Positions 1-10,832 of a stretch of 64,000 bases of DNA are shown here, one piece after another. The translations under genes and the position numbers were made by a program. This DNA is from a virus (taxonomy: Duplodnaviria > Heunggongvirae > Uroviricota > Caudoviricetes): positions 25,067 through 89,066 of IMG/VR virus record IMGVR_UViG_3300045988_003641. One strand, given 5' to 3'. Numbering within the stretch: position 1 is the stretch's first letter; every line of letters starts with the position of its first letter. Below the pieces are notes generated by a model, which did no database searches, was not told the origin of the DNA, and was given only the letters and a program-made list of their open reading frames with translations.

Positions 1-4
1 TAAA

Positions 5-1417
5 TTGATGACTGATAAGAACTATGTAGCCCCTCAGCCGGGTTCTCAAGAGGTCTTTTTAAATACTAATGCTGACTTGGTACTCTATGGTGGTGCTGCT
101 GGTGCTGGTAAGACTGCCGCATTGTTAATGGACTCTTTAAGATTTATTGAAGACCCTAACTATAATGCTGTATATTTCCGTCGAAATACAACACAGTTAC
201 AAGGTGGTTTATGGCCTGCTGCAAAGAAACTATTTGGTAAGTTTGGTGGAATTCCTCACGAGCAGAAGATGACTATCACATTCCCTTCTGGGGCAACTAT
301 CAAGTTTACCTATCTAGAACTTGAAAAGCACGCTGAAGGTCATCAGGGTATTGAATACTCAGCTATTTACTTTGACGAAGGCACACACTTCTCTGCTTCA
401 CAGATTTCATACCTACAAACCCGTCTACGTTCTGGTGCTGAAGGCGATTCATACATGAAGATTTCCATGAACCCAGACAGAGACCACTTTATTTACGATT
501 GGGTAGAGCCATTCTTAGATGAAGAAGGCTACCCAGACCCTGAAAAATGTGGTCGTATTCGTTGGTATGTGATGAACGATGGTGTGATGGTTTCTGATTG
601 GGAGAGAGACAAGATTCTTGAAATGTTCCCCCTTGAGATTCCTCAAACATACACCTTTATTTCTGGTACGATTGATGATAACCCAATCCTTGACTTCTTA
701 GAGCCTAAGTACCGTGGTAAGTTGGAAAACAACACTCCTGTAAACGTTGCAAGACTTCGTTTCGGTAACTGGAAGGCTCGTGCAGAAGGTTCAAACTATT
801 GGCAAAGACAATGGTGTGAAATTGTTGATTCACTCCCAGAAGATGTATTTGATGTTAGAGCATGGGACTTAGCAGCAACTTTACCATCTGAGATTAACCC
901 TAATCCAGACTGGACAGCAGGTGTTAAGATGGGTAAATCTAAAAAAGACGGTTGCTATTATATCATTGATGTAGTAAGATTTAGAGATAGACCCTCTGGA
1001 GTCGAAACACAAATTAATTTGACTGCTGAAAGTGACGGTAAGCGAACTGGTATTTTTATCCCTCAAGACCCAGGCGCTGCTGGTAAATCCTACGCAACAT
1101 CCCTCATCAGGAAACTTGCCGAGAAAGGTTATCGAGCAAGAGCCAAACCAACAAATAAAGATAAAGTTACCCGCTTTGCGGGATTTTCTGCTGCTTCTGA
1201 AGCTGGACTTGTAAAAGTCTTGAGAGGTAGTTGGAATGAAGCTTACTTTCAAGAACTTGAAGGCTTTTGTGGTGACGGTAAAACTAAAGATGACCAAGTG
1301 GATGCTACCAGTGATGCTTTCAACAGTCTTAACGAAGTTAAATTATTCAAGCCACCATCAATGGGTGCTCACACAGATTTAGTGAGAGGAAACCCATATG
1401 AGGGGCTTAGACGTTGA
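5..1417 (+). CDS. terL: terminase large subunit
   Basis: 470 aa; N-terminal Walker A-like motif GGAAGAGKT; first gene of head module, directly upstream of portal-sized ORF. Confidence 0.8.
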   Translation: MMTDKNYVAPQPGSQEVFLNTNADLVLYGGAAGAGKTAALLMDSLRFIEDPNYNAVYFRRNTTQLQGGLWPAAKKLFGKFGGIPHEQKMTITFPSGATIKFTYLELEKHAEGHQGIEYSAIYFDEGTHFSASQISYLQTRLRSGAEGDSYMKISMNPDRDHFIYDWVEPFLDEEGYPDPEKCGRIRWYVMNDGVMVSDWERDKILEMFPLEIPQTYTFISGTIDDNPILDFLEPKYRGKLENNTPVNVARLRFGNWKARAEGSNYWQRQWCEIVDSLPEDVFDVRAWDLAATLPSEINPNPDWTAGVKMGKSKKDGCYYIIDVVRFRDRPSGVETQINLTAESDGKRTGIFIPQDPGAAGKSYATSLIRKLAEKGYRARAKPTNKDKVTRFAGFSAASEAGLVKVLRGSWNEAYFQELEGFCGDGKTKDDQVDATSDAFNSLNEVKLFKPPSMGAHTDLVRGNPYEGLRR

Positions 1418-1424
1418 TAGCTAG

Positions 1425-2900
1425 GTGAGAAGAATGGCAGATATTACAGAAACACAAGAAAGCTTACCACCATTTAGAATGGGTGAAGTAGGTTCTTTGG
1501 GTCTGAAGGTTAAGAATGGAAGAATCTATGAAGAACCTCGTCAGGCACTAAGGTTCCCTGAAAGTATTAAAACTTTCCAATTAATGATGCGTGACCCTGC
1601 TGTAGCAGCATCTGTAAATATTATTAAGATGTTTGTCAGAAAAGTCAACTGGAGATTCGTACCTCCAAAGGGAAAAGAGCAAGACCCTAAAATGCTTGAA
1701 AGAGCAGACTTCTTTAATTCTTTAATGGATGACATGGAGCATGATTGGGCAGATTTTATTAATTCTGTAATGTCATTCTGCACTTATGGGTTCTGTGTTA
1801 ACGAGAAAGTTTATAAGAAGCGACAGGGTAAAAAAGGAAAGTACCAGTCAAAATTTGATGATGGTCTAATTGGATGGGCTAAATTACCAATCAGAAACCA
1901 ATCAACACTTGATAAGTGGTATTTTGACGAAGACTTTAGAAAAGTTACTGGTGTTAGACAGAATCTGAGAAATGTTTCACATATTGCTGGAGCAATTAAT
2001 CTCGGAGAAAGGCCACTAACAAGAAAACTTCCACGAGCTAAATTCATGCTGTTTAAGTATGATGATGAATATGGAAACCCAGAAGGTCGTTCACCATTAC
2101 TTAATGCCTATGTACCGTGGAAGTATAAAGTTCAGATTGAAGAGTACGAAGCCGTTGGTGTTTCAAGAGACTTGGTAGGTATGCCAAAGATTGGTTTACC
2201 ACCAGATTATCTGGATGAAAATGCAGAACCTGAAAAGAAAGCTTTCGTACAATACTGCAAAACTGTTGTTAACGATATGATTGCTAATGATAGAGCAGGT
2301 TTAATCTGGCCTAGATATATCGACCCAGATACTAAAGAGGATATTTTCGAGTTCTCATTAGTTTCTAGACAGGGTGCTAAAGCATACGATACAGGTTCTA
2401 TTATTGACAGATATTCCAAGCAGATTATGATGGCATTTATGTCAGATGTTCTTGCTATGGGTCAGTCAAAATATGGTTCATTCTCTCTTGCAGATTCTAA
2501 GACAAGCTTACTAGCAATGTCAGTGGATATTCTGCTGAAGCAAATTAAGAACGTAATTAACCGTGATTTAGTTGCACAGACTTATGCTCTTAATATGTGG
2601 GACGATGAAGAACATGTACAAATCACTTATGATGATATCGAAACTCCAGACCTTGAAGCAATTGGTTCTTATATCCAGAAGACTGTTGCAGTAGGTGCTT
2701 TGGAAGTTGACAAAGAGCTATCTAACAAGCTTAGAGAGCATATTGGTCTTCCTCCTGCTGATGAGTCTCAACCAGTATCTGAAAAGCTTTCTCCAAATAG
2801 TCAAAGCCGTTCAGGAGATGGTTATAAGACCGCTGGAGAAGGTACTGCAAAGACACCTTCAGCGAAAGACCCAAGCACAGCAAATAAGGCAAATAAATAA
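1425..2900 (+). CDS. portal protein (putative)
   Basis: 491 aa ORF immediately after terL and upstream of protease/scaffold and capsid genes; call by size and synteny. Confidence 0.6.
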   Translation: MRRMADITETQESLPPFRMGEVGSLGLKVKNGRIYEEPRQALRFPESIKTFQLMMRDPAVAASVNIIKMFVRKVNWRFVPPKGKEQDPKMLERADFFNSLMDDMEHDWADFINSVMSFCTYGFCVNEKVYKKRQGKKGKYQSKFDDGLIGWAKLPIRNQSTLDKWYFDEDFRKVTGVRQNLRNVSHIAGAINLGERPLTRKLPRAKFMLFKYDDEYGNPEGRSPLLNAYVPWKYKVQIEEYEAVGVSRDLVGMPKIGLPPDYLDENAEPEKKAFVQYCKTVVNDMIANDRAGLIWPRYIDPDTKEDIFEFSLVSRQGAKAYDTGSIIDRYSKQIMMAFMSDVLAMGQSKYGSFSLADSKTSLLAMSVDILLKQIKNVINRDLVAQTYALNMWDDEEHVQITYDDIETPDLEAIGSYIQKTVAVGALEVDKELSNKLREHIGLPPADESQPVSEKLSPNSQSRSGDGYKTAGEGTAKTPSAKDPSTANKANK

Positions 2901-3400
2901 TGGCTGAAGTTATCTCTATTTCAAATGCTACACGAGTGCATTCGTATAGAGGTGTTCTTATTATCACTGACAAATTATCTGTAGGGGCTGGCTCAAGGGT
3001 CAGCCTTTCAGGTTATGTAAGTGATGGTGGAACCTCTGACGTTTTCACTATTTGTAGGTTACTTGATTCTCCAATGAGTGGAAAACCGTTTATTTCAGGA
3101 AATTGTAGTGAAATTGTTAAAATTCCATTTGACAGTTCATGCCTTTTGGGTGTAAAGTTATATAACTGCGAGAATAAACGTATCAATGTTAATAGCATTG
3201 AAGCCGCTTTCATTACCCTCGACACTGCATTTCAATCTCCAATGACAGTTAATAAAGAAACAAACAGACTTGAATACATTTTTTCACAAAATGATTACAA
3301 AGTACTTGTCAAAGGCAAAGTATATGATATGATTGTAAATGTGGTAGATGAATCTGGTAACCATTCAACAGTCCTTAAACAAAAAGTAAGGTTTAATTAA
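2900..3400 (+). CDS. hypothetical head-module protein
   Basis: 166 aa ORF start-stop coupled to portal; no motif recognised. Confidence 0.3.
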   Translation: MAEVISISNATRVHSYRGVLIITDKLSVGAGSRVSLSGYVSDGGTSDVFTICRLLDSPMSGKPFISGNCSEIVKIPFDSSCLLGVKLYNCENKRINVNSIEAAFITLDTAFQSPMTVNKETNRLEYIFSQNDYKVLVKGKVYDMIVNVVDESGNHSTVLKQKVRFN

Positions 3401-3732
3401 TGGGAACATTAACTATTGATGGTAAGAATAAAATCCTCGCCACGCTAACCCCAACGACTATTATTTTACACAATGTAGACCCAACGGCAGACCCTACAGC
3501 AAATAAGGTTACTCAGCCAGTGGCTATTTATTTTTCTGAACCGGATAATGGCTTAATTGCCTCAGAAGATACAGTTAATATTACTGTTCCAGCTTCTGCA
3601 ACGGTCTCACACTATAGCTTGTGGGATGCTAACGATAAATGCGTGGCAACTGGTGCTCTTAGCAAACCTCAATTCTTTGCTGAAGAAGGTATCTATGTTA
3701 TCTCTTCAGTCTCTGTAGATTTAAACAAATAG
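3400..3732 (+). CDS. hypothetical head-module protein
   Basis: 110 aa ORF, start overlaps upstream stop (ATGA-type coupling). Confidence 0.3.
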   Translation: MGTLTIDGKNKILATLTPTTIILHNVDPTADPTANKVTQPVAIYFSEPDNGLIASEDTVNITVPASATVSHYSLWDANDKCVATGALSKPQFFAEEGIYVISSVSVDLNK

Positions 3733-3743
3733 GGTGAGTAAAA

Positions 3744-5090
3744 ATGAGTTCGAATATCTTCAGACTTGCTGATAGATTATTCAACCAACCTTTACTAGCC
3801 ACTGAATCATTAGCTCACTCAGCAGCAACTTATGTGAATAACAGATTGCTGGGTGATGTCCAAGCAGCAGTAAACTTTGATAAACCCAAAGGTGAAGCAA
3901 GAAGTCTTTTAAAAGTAAAAGATGACATTGCTATTATTCCTATTATGGGTGGTTTAACCCATCGTATGACATTCATTGATGCAATGTGTACAGGTGGATT
4001 AAGCTCTTATGAAGGTTTGCGTAGAGGCTTTGACGAAGCTTTAGCAGATGAGTCAATCAAGACTATTGTTCTGCACATCGATTCTGGTGGTGGTGAAGCT
4101 TCAGGTTGCTTTGAATTAGCACGTCACATTATGGCTTCAAGAGGCCAAAAGAAAATTATTGCTTATGTAGATGAGTTCGCTTGTTCCGCTGCATACGCTC
4201 TTGCATCTTCTGCTGAAGAAATTATTGCATCACCAGATGCAGATGTTGGTTCTATTGGTGTAATTATGGTTCATCAGGAATTAACTAAGGCATTTGAAAA
4301 GAATGGCGTAACAATTAACGTCATCAAAGCTGGTGAGTTTAAAGGTATGGGTTCACCATTCCAAGCACTCTCAGAAGAAAGCAAAGAAAGACTTCAAAAG
4401 AGAATTAATGATACCTACGCAACCTTTACAGGTTTTGTAGCCGAATCTCGTAATCTCTCTGAAGAAGCTGTAAAGAATACTGAGGCGAATGTTTATTCTG
4501 CTCAGGAAGCTCTTGAACTTGGTTTAATTAACTCAATCATGTCTCAAGATGATTTCTTAAATTACTTACAAGGTTCTGAAGAGGCTCCTGTAAGTTTAAA
4601 CGTTAACAATTCAGGTGAAGAAATGACTGAACAAGAAAAGCAAGAACTAGAAGCTTTGCGTCTTCAGGTTGCTCAAATGAAAGCTAAAGAACAGGAAGCT
4701 GCTTTGTCAGATTTGACTAATAAGATTTCTGCTTCTGCTGAAGCTTTTGGATTTGATGCAAAAGAAGCTGCAACGACTATTTTAGGTGCTGGTCTTGACA
4801 ACCCTCTGAGTGTTCTGTTTATGAATGCTATGGAAGGTGCTAACCAGAAACTTAATGAAACTATCGCGTCCCATGCTTCTGCAATGGAAGAAAAAGAATC
4901 AGAAATTACCAAGCTGAAAGAAACTGCTGGTGCTGTTCTTGAACATTCCAATGCTATGGAAGAAATGGGTAATGACGGCGAAGCTGATTTGGTTGAAGAA
5001 GAAAAAGAACCAGCTAAGAATGCTTCCGAAGACACCGCTGAACAACGCAAACTGGCTCTCCAGAATGCTCTAAAATCTCTTATTAAATAA
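3744..5090 (+). CDS. prohead protease fused to scaffold-like domain (putative)
   Basis: 448 aa; N-terminal half resembles S49/ClpP-type serine peptidase; C-terminal third is E/A/K-rich low-complexity coiled coil typical of scaffolds; sits between portal and capsid. Confidence 0.55.
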   Translation: MSSNIFRLADRLFNQPLLATESLAHSAATYVNNRLLGDVQAAVNFDKPKGEARSLLKVKDDIAIIPIMGGLTHRMTFIDAMCTGGLSSYEGLRRGFDEALADESIKTIVLHIDSGGGEASGCFELARHIMASRGQKKIIAYVDEFACSAAYALASSAEEIIASPDADVGSIGVIMVHQELTKAFEKNGVTINVIKAGEFKGMGSPFQALSEESKERLQKRINDTYATFTGFVAESRNLSEEAVKNTEANVYSAQEALELGLINSIMSQDDFLNYLQGSEEAPVSLNVNNSGEEMTEQEKQELEALRLQVAQMKAKEQEAALSDLTNKISASAEAFGFDAKEAATTILGAGLDNPLSVLFMNAMEGANQKLNETIASHASAMEEKESEITKLKETAGAVLEHSNAMEEMGNDGEADLVEEEKEPAKNASEDTAEQRKLALQNALKSLIK

Positions 5091-5101
5091 GGAACACAAT
5101 A

Positions 5102-5479
5102 ATGGCATATCAAGGTTTTACTAAGTTAGGTAACAGAGAACCTCTGAATGATATCATTCTTTGGGAACAGGTTACCCCAACAGGCCACTCTCGTAAAGAG
5201 TATACTCCAAAAGCTTCTACAGAATACCGTGTAGGTGAAGTTCTGAAAGCAGATGGCTCTAAAGTTGCAGCAGGAGAAGAAGCTCAGGCTGATTCTGTAT
5301 GTATCGTTAACTTTTATGCAGACCTGCAACTGTCTTACCACGGTCAGTTGAAAGTGGTTGGTATTTACCGCGACGCAGAACTGAAAGACATGCTTACTCT
5401 TGAGTCAGATGTTGATGCTGATGAAGTCAAGAAAGCACTGGCTGCTAAAGGTATTGATTTCGTACCAACTGGCCTGTAA
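5102..5479 (+). CDS. hypothetical head protein (possible decoration protein)
   Basis: 125 aa ORF between protease/scaffold and major capsid. Confidence 0.3.
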   Translation: MAYQGFTKLGNREPLNDIILWEQVTPTGHSRKEYTPKASTEYRVGEVLKADGSKVAAGEEAQADSVCIVNFYADLQLSYHGQLKVVGIYRDAELKDMLTLESDVDADEVKKALAAKGIDFVPTGL

Positions 5480-5512
5480 TAACAATAATAAGACATTCTG
5501 GAGAATTTTACA

Positions 5513-6619
5513 ATGTTGACTAATTCTGAAAAAAGCAGATTTTTCCTTGCTGACCTGACTGGTGAAGTCCAGTCTATCCCAAATACTTATGGGTATATTT
5601 CCAACTTAGGTCTGTTCCGTTCAGCACCAATCACCCAAACTACTTTCCTTATGGACTTGACTGATTGGGATGTTAGCTTGCTTGATGCGGTAGACCGTGA
5701 TAGCCGTAAAGCAGAGACTAGCGCACCTGAGCGTGTTCGTCAAATCAGCTTCCCAATGATGTACTTCAAAGAAGTTGAAAGCATCACTCCTGATGAAATT
5801 CAGGGTGTACGTCAGCCAGGCACTGCAAACGAACTGACTACTGAAGCTGTAGTACGTGCTAAGAAGCTGATGAAGATTCGTACCAAGTTCGATATTACTC
5901 GTGAGTTCCTGTTTATGCAAGCTCTGAAGGGTAAAGTTGTTGATGCTCGTGGTACGCTGTATGCTGACCTGTACAAGCAGTTCAACGTTGAGAAGAAGAC
6001 TGTTCACTTCGACCTTGACAACCCTAATGCTGACATCGACGCTTCTATTGAAGAACTGCGTATGCACATGGAAGACGAAGCGAAGACTGGCACTGTAATC
6101 AACGGTGAAGAAATTCACGTAGTTGTTGACCGTGTGTTCTTCAGCAAACTGACTAAACACCCTAAGATTCGTGACGCTTATCTTGCACAGCAGACTCCGC
6201 TGGCTTGGCAACAGATTACTGGTTCTCTGAGAACTGGTGGTACTGACGGCGTTCAGGCTCATATGAACACTTTCTACTACGGTGGTGTTAAGTTTGTCCA
6301 GTACAACGGTAAGTTCAAAGACAAGCGTGGCAAGGTTCACACTCTGGTGAGCATTGATAGCGTAGCAGACACTGTTGGTGTTGGTCATGCTTTCCCTAAC
6401 GTTTCTATGCTGGGTGAAGCAAACAACATCTTCGAAGTGGCTTATGGCCCATGTCCTAAGATGGGTTATGCAAATACACTTGGTCAGGAACTGTACGTAT
6501 TCGAATACGAAAAAGACCGTGACGAAGGTATTGACTTTGAAGCTCACTCTTACATGCTGCCATACTGTACTCGTCCTCAGTTGCTGGTAGATGTTCGCGC
6601 TGACGCCAAAGGTGGCTGA
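5513..6619 (+). CDS. major capsid protein (putative)
   Basis: 368 aa ORF directly after protease/scaffold; size and position typical of HK97-fold capsid protein. Confidence 0.6.
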   Translation: MLTNSEKSRFFLADLTGEVQSIPNTYGYISNLGLFRSAPITQTTFLMDLTDWDVSLLDAVDRDSRKAETSAPERVRQISFPMMYFKEVESITPDEIQGVRQPGTANELTTEAVVRAKKLMKIRTKFDITREFLFMQALKGKVVDARGTLYADLYKQFNVEKKTVHFDLDNPNADIDASIEELRMHMEDEAKTGTVINGEEIHVVVDRVFFSKLTKHPKIRDAYLAQQTPLAWQQITGSLRTGGTDGVQAHMNTFYYGGVKFVQYNGKFKDKRGKVHTLVSIDSVADTVGVGHAFPNVSMLGEANNIFEVAYGPCPKMGYANTLGQELYVFEYEKDRDEGIDFEAHSYMLPYCTRPQLLVDVRADAKGG

Positions 6620-6639
6620 TAAATTTAGGAGGGTTATGA

Positions 6640-7089
6640 ATGTGTTATACAGGCGACCCAGCCAATAACCCTCTTGATAGAGTAAGAATCCTCTGCACAG
6701 ACACTAATAATGATGAAATCCTTATTGAGCAGTCTGTGCTAGAGTGGTTCTATCTAGAATCTGGAAAGGATGAAAAGAAAGCAGCCATCAAAGCTCTTAA
6801 ATATTTACTCTTTCAAGTAGCCAAGATGGGAGATGAGAAGGTTGGTGGTGTTTATTTACGTAACTCTTCCAGATTCAAATCTCTGAAAGCTGTTTATGAC
6901 GACCTTGTTAAAAGCTCTGTTTCAGGACTACCCTATGCAGGTGGTATTAATCAGTGTGATATTGACATGCGTCGTCAGAATCCTTGCTCTGTCAAGAAAT
7001 ACACAGAATATGGTGATGCTGCCAGATACGAAGGCAGAGATTACTGCAACCGTGTTAATGGCGTATTTATTATCGAGCGAGATGAATAA
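6640..7089 (+). CDS. head-tail connector/adaptor (putative)
   Basis: 149 aa, first gene after capsid; position only. Confidence 0.3.
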   Translation: MCYTGDPANNPLDRVRILCTDTNNDEILIEQSVLEWFYLESGKDEKKAAIKALKYLLFQVAKMGDEKVGGVYLRNSSRFKSLKAVYDDLVKSSVSGLPYAGGINQCDIDMRRQNPCSVKKYTEYGDAARYEGRDYCNRVNGVFIIERDE

Positions 7090-7571
7090 TGGTTAAAAGG
7101 GTTATTCACCCCGCGAGAGCAAAATTAGTCGGGGCTATGAAGAACTTGCAAACGGCTAATGCTCAAGTTGGGTATTTTCAAGAACAAGGTCAACATAGCT
7201 CTGGTTTTTCTTATCCTGCTTTAATGTATTTACAAGAAGTTATTGGGGTTCCTTCAGCTTCTGGTAAAGTATATCGTAGGTTGTTTGAAATCACTATGAT
7301 GCTAAACAAACAGACCTTGTTAGAGCAGACTAAGAAGAATCTATATAAGCAACTTAGCAGTCTCAACACAGACCCTTCAAATACCTTAGAAGCATTTGCA
7401 AAGAATACTCAAAAGGTAATTAAAAGGGGTTTTGGTAATTCTGCTATCCTCCCTCCTAACGCACCTTCCACAGTCAAGAAAAAAGGCTTTAACGCACCTC
7501 TTGTTGAGACAGGTGACTTAAGAGATAACCTTGCTTATAAAATTTCTACTAAGAAGGGTATTAAAAAATGA
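7089..7571 (+). CDS. hypothetical head-tail joining protein
   Basis: 160 aa, start overlaps upstream stop. Confidence 0.3.
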   Translation: MVKRVIHPARAKLVGAMKNLQTANAQVGYFQEQGQHSSGFSYPALMYLQEVIGVPSASGKVYRRLFEITMMLNKQTLLEQTKKNLYKQLSSLNTDPSNTLEAFAKNTQKVIKRGFGNSAILPPNAPSTVKKKGFNAPLVETGDLRDNLAYKISTKKGIKK

Positions 7572-7969
7572 GACTCTTAAACAGACACAGCTTTGTAGTA
7601 AAGCGTAAAGTCTCTGAAGATGGTTATTATAATGATGATGGTGATTGGGTAGCTTCACAAGATATTGTAGAGGTTAACTGTAAAGGTAATATTCAGCCAT
7701 ATATCAAAGGTTCTGTAAAGAATGGTACACAGATTGCTTTACCGGAAGGTATTAGGCTTACCGATACAAGAATCCTGTATACCACATATAAGCTTAGAAC
7801 TTCAGATGATGTAGAGTGGAATGAGTCTGACATTGTTATGATTGATGGTCATGAGTATGAAGTATTTATGACTATGGATTGGTCACAGCAATTAGCCCAT
7901 ACATCCCATTATGAATATATCATTATTAGAAGGGATAAAATGAATGCAGTTAGAAACAGCAGAACTTGA
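7568..7969 (+). CDS. hypothetical head-tail joining protein
   Basis: 133 aa, translationally coupled. Confidence 0.3.
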   Translation: MRLLNRHSFVVKRKVSEDGYYNDDGDWVASQDIVEVNCKGNIQPYIKGSVKNGTQIALPEGIRLTDTRILYTTYKLRTSDDVEWNESDIVMIDGHEYEVFMTMDWSQQLAHTSHYEYIIIRRDKMNAVRNSRT

Positions 7970-8543
7970 AAAAGGTCTAGTTAGAACCTTAGTGGATGTT
8001 ATTGGTCACAGATTAGCTCGTGATAAAAATAATAGACCAAACGTAATTAGAGCTTACCCTTCTGATAACTCAAATGACAAAGGTTTAAAACCTGACCAGC
8101 CATTTATTACCGTATATTGTCAAGATGCTGCAACACCTTATGGTTGGGTTCTTGATAAGTTTGTTGAAGATGATGTAGCTTGTTACAGAATCGCTTTTCA
8201 GATTCCTGTATTGATTACGGTAAATGGTAAAGGTGCTCACAGTATTATGCTTGAGCTTAAACAAAGATTAGAGATGAGTTCAGTCAGAGATTTAATCCTT
8301 GAAGAAACAGGAGCTACAGTATTAGACACTGGAGCAATCCCTAACGATTACACTTATCTCAATACAGATTTCGAAAATTCTGCGCCTCTTGTTGTAACTC
8401 TTGTAAAAAACTCAGTCCTGAAAGATGAACGTGGAAGTATTATTGAGCGTGTCATTGTTGATGGTGAGTTGGTTTATGAAGAAGGGCAAGAGCCACCAGA
8501 ATATACTATCCATCTAGATGTAGACTCCAAAGGGGTAAAATAA
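7944..8543 (+). CDS. hypothetical tail completion protein
   Basis: 199 aa, immediately upstream of sheath-sized ORF. Confidence 0.3.
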   Translation: MQLETAELEKGLVRTLVDVIGHRLARDKNNRPNVIRAYPSDNSNDKGLKPDQPFITVYCQDAATPYGWVLDKFVEDDVACYRIAFQIPVLITVNGKGAHSIMLELKQRLEMSSVRDLILEETGATVLDTGAIPNDYTYLNTDFENSAPLVVTLVKNSVLKDERGSIIERVIVDGELVYEEGQEPPEYTIHLDVDSKGVK

Positions 8544-9896
8544 ATGTGGAATCCAATTGTTAATGTAGATATTACATTGAACACCGCAGGAACTACAAGA
8601 GAAGGTTTTGGTTTGCCACTATTCTTAGCTTCAACAGATAACTTTGAAGAAAGAGTGCGTGGTTATACTTCCTTAACTGAAGTTGCTGAAGATTTCGATG
8701 AGAATACTGCTGCATATAAGGCTGCTAAACAACTTTGGAGTCAGACTCCTAAAGTAACTCAGCTTTATATTGGTAGACGCGCTATGCAGTACACTGTATC
8801 AATTCCTGATGAGGTTACTGAGAGCACGGACTACTCAATTACTGTAGCTGTCGGTGGGGGAATGTCACAACCATTCCAGTACACCTCACAAGGTGAAGAT
8901 ACTGCCGAGAATGTATTACAACAGTTTAAAACACAGATTGAAGCTGACCAATCAATTAAAGATAAAGTTTCAGTCAATGTTACTGGTAGCAACGGTTCTG
9001 CCACAATGGTCATCTCCAAAGCTGGTGACAATGATTTCGTGAAGGTAACCACTACAGCACAAACTGTGTCTATTGCAAGCACAACTGCTGATACAGCGTC
9101 AACTGCTCTGGCAGCTATTGAAGCTTATTCTACCGACTGGTATTTCATTGCAGCAGAAGACAGAACTCAACAGTTTGTTTTGGCAATGGCTTCTGAGATT
9201 CAGGCTCGTAAGAAAATCTTCTTCACAGCTAACTCTGATGTAGCAGCACTGCAAGGTACAGAATTAAATAGTGCAAATGATGTTCCAGCACAGCTTGCTA
9301 AGAGTATGTATACTCGCACAGTTTGCTTGTGGCATCACACAGCGGCAGAAGATTATCCAGAGATGGCATATATTGCTTATGGCGCTCCATACGATGCAGG
9401 GTCAATTGCTTGGGGTAATGCTCAGTTGACTGGTGTAGCTGCTTCTTTACAGCCAGCTAATAAGAGACCTCTGACAAGCATTCAGAAGTCAGCTTTAGAT
9501 GTACGTCACTGTAACTTTATCGACCTTGATGGTGGTGTTCCAGTGGTTCGTAGAGGGATTACTTCTGGTGGGGAATGGATTGATATCGTCCGTGGTGTTG
9601 ACTGGTTAGAATCAGACCTGAAAACTTCTCTGAGAGACTTGCTAATTAACCAGAAGGGTGGTAAGATTACTTATGATGATACTGGTATTACCCGTATTCG
9701 TCAAGTCATTGAAACCTCTCTACAAAGAGCAGTCAACAGAAACTTCCTGTCATCTTACACAGTTAATGTTCCTAAAGCCTCTCAAGTTGCTTTGGCAGAC
9801 AAGAAAGCTCGTATCCTGAAAGATGTTACCTTCGCAGGTATCTTAGCAGGGGCTATCTTGGATGTTGACTTGAAAGGTACAGTGGCTTACGAATAA
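8544..9896 (+). CDS. tail sheath protein (putative)
   Basis: 450 aa ORF followed by ~150 aa tube-sized ORF and a strong terminator; classic sheath-tube pair. Confidence 0.55.
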   Translation: MWNPIVNVDITLNTAGTTREGFGLPLFLASTDNFEERVRGYTSLTEVAEDFDENTAAYKAAKQLWSQTPKVTQLYIGRRAMQYTVSIPDEVTESTDYSITVAVGGGMSQPFQYTSQGEDTAENVLQQFKTQIEADQSIKDKVSVNVTGSNGSATMVISKAGDNDFVKVTTTAQTVSIASTTADTASTALAAIEAYSTDWYFIAAEDRTQQFVLAMASEIQARKKIFFTANSDVAALQGTELNSANDVPAQLAKSMYTRTVCLWHHTAAEDYPEMAYIAYGAPYDAGSIAWGNAQLTGVAASLQPANKRPLTSIQKSALDVRHCNFIDLDGGVPVVRRGITSGGEWIDIVRGVDWLESDLKTSLRDLLINQKGGKITYDDTGITRIRQVIETSLQRAVNRNFLSSYTVNVPKASQVALADKKARILKDVTFAGILAGAILDVDLKGTVAYE

Positions 9897-9911
9897 TAGA
9901 GGTAAATTGGA

Positions 9912-10358
9912 ATGGCTATGTATCAGCAATATTCCCCTAAAGACGTTGTATGTAGCTGGAATGGTATTGCCATTGAAGGCTTTGCCCCAGACTCATTTTT
10001 ACGTCTACAGAGAACATCACCACTTATCACACCAGTTGTAGGTGCAGGTGGTCAGGTTGCTCTGACAAGAAATGCAGACAAGACAGGTACTATTGAGATT
10101 GAGCTAATGCAGACTTCTCTCTCTAACCAGATGCTTTCTGCAATTCAAGCTAAACAAGACAACATGGAACTTGAAGAAGATATCTCTTCTAACTTCGTAA
10201 TCTACGACCCATCAGGCTCTGTTCTGGCAACTGGTATTAATGCTTGGTTGCAGGAATTACCACAGATTGAACTTGGGCGTGACCAGAACTCTAAAACTTG
10301 GATTTTTGGTTGTGAGAAGCTAGACTACACTTCTACAATTCCAGCGTCAAGTGTTTAA
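9912..10358 (+). CDS. tail tube protein (putative)
   Basis: 148 aa ORF after sheath, followed by terminator. Confidence 0.5.
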   Translation: MAMYQQYSPKDVVCSWNGIAIEGFAPDSFLRLQRTSPLITPVVGAGGQVALTRNADKTGTIEIELMQTSLSNQMLSAIQAKQDNMELEEDISSNFVIYDPSGSVLATGINAWLQELPQIELGRDQNSKTWIFGCEKLDYTSTIPASSV

Positions 10359-10368
10359 TAAATCCTAT

Positions 10369-10402
10369 AAGGGGGAGACTTTAAAAGGTCTTCCCCTTTT
10401 TT
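10369..10402 (+). terminator. rho-independent terminator after sheath-tube genes
   Basis: GGGGGAGAC-loop-GTCTTCCCC stem-loop followed by TTTTTT. Confidence 0.6.
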
Positions 10403-10431
10403 GTTTCTTTTAAAAGTATTAAGGAATCACA

Positions 10432-10830
10432 ATGAAAACAGAATCTAAAGTAATTAATGGTAAGAAAGTAAATATCGTTCTGCTTGGGGCAAGAGATGGG
10501 ATTAAGATGTCTATGAAGCTGGGTAAAATTGTTGTTCCAACATTTGCACAGATGCTATCAAGTCTGACTGATAAAGATAAGAAAGAAGCTCCAATGGTTC
10601 CATTTAAAGACCTTGTTGAAGCTTGTTTTGACAGAATTGAAGAAATTAACCTTGAAGAAATGGCTACCCTGTTATTTCAAGGGGCAACTGTTGATGACTT
10701 CCCACTCAATATTGATACATACTTCCAAGCAAACTACGGTGAGTTTATTGATTACTTAGCATTTGCGCTGGAGGCAAACTTCGGAAGTTTTTTCGAAGCA
10801 AGCATTTTCAAAAGCCTAACTTCTCAGTAA
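10432..10830 (+). CDS. tail assembly chaperone (putative)
   Basis: 132 aa ORF between tube and tape measure. Confidence 0.35.
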   Translation: MKTESKVINGKKVNIVLLGARDGIKMSMKLGKIVVPTFAQMLSSLTDKDKKEAPMVPFKDLVEACFDRIEEINLEEMATLLFQGATVDDFPLNIDTYFQANYGEFIDYLAFALEANFGSFFEASIFKSLTSQ

Positions 10831-10832
10831 AC

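Noticed and set aside
5621-6547. 308-aa minus-strand ORF antisense to the major capsid gene
   Set aside because: Fully embedded antisense to a strongly supported structural gene; typical shadow ORF. The same applies to 881-1297, 4673-5113, 18246-18584, 54794-55321, 58952-59626 and similar.
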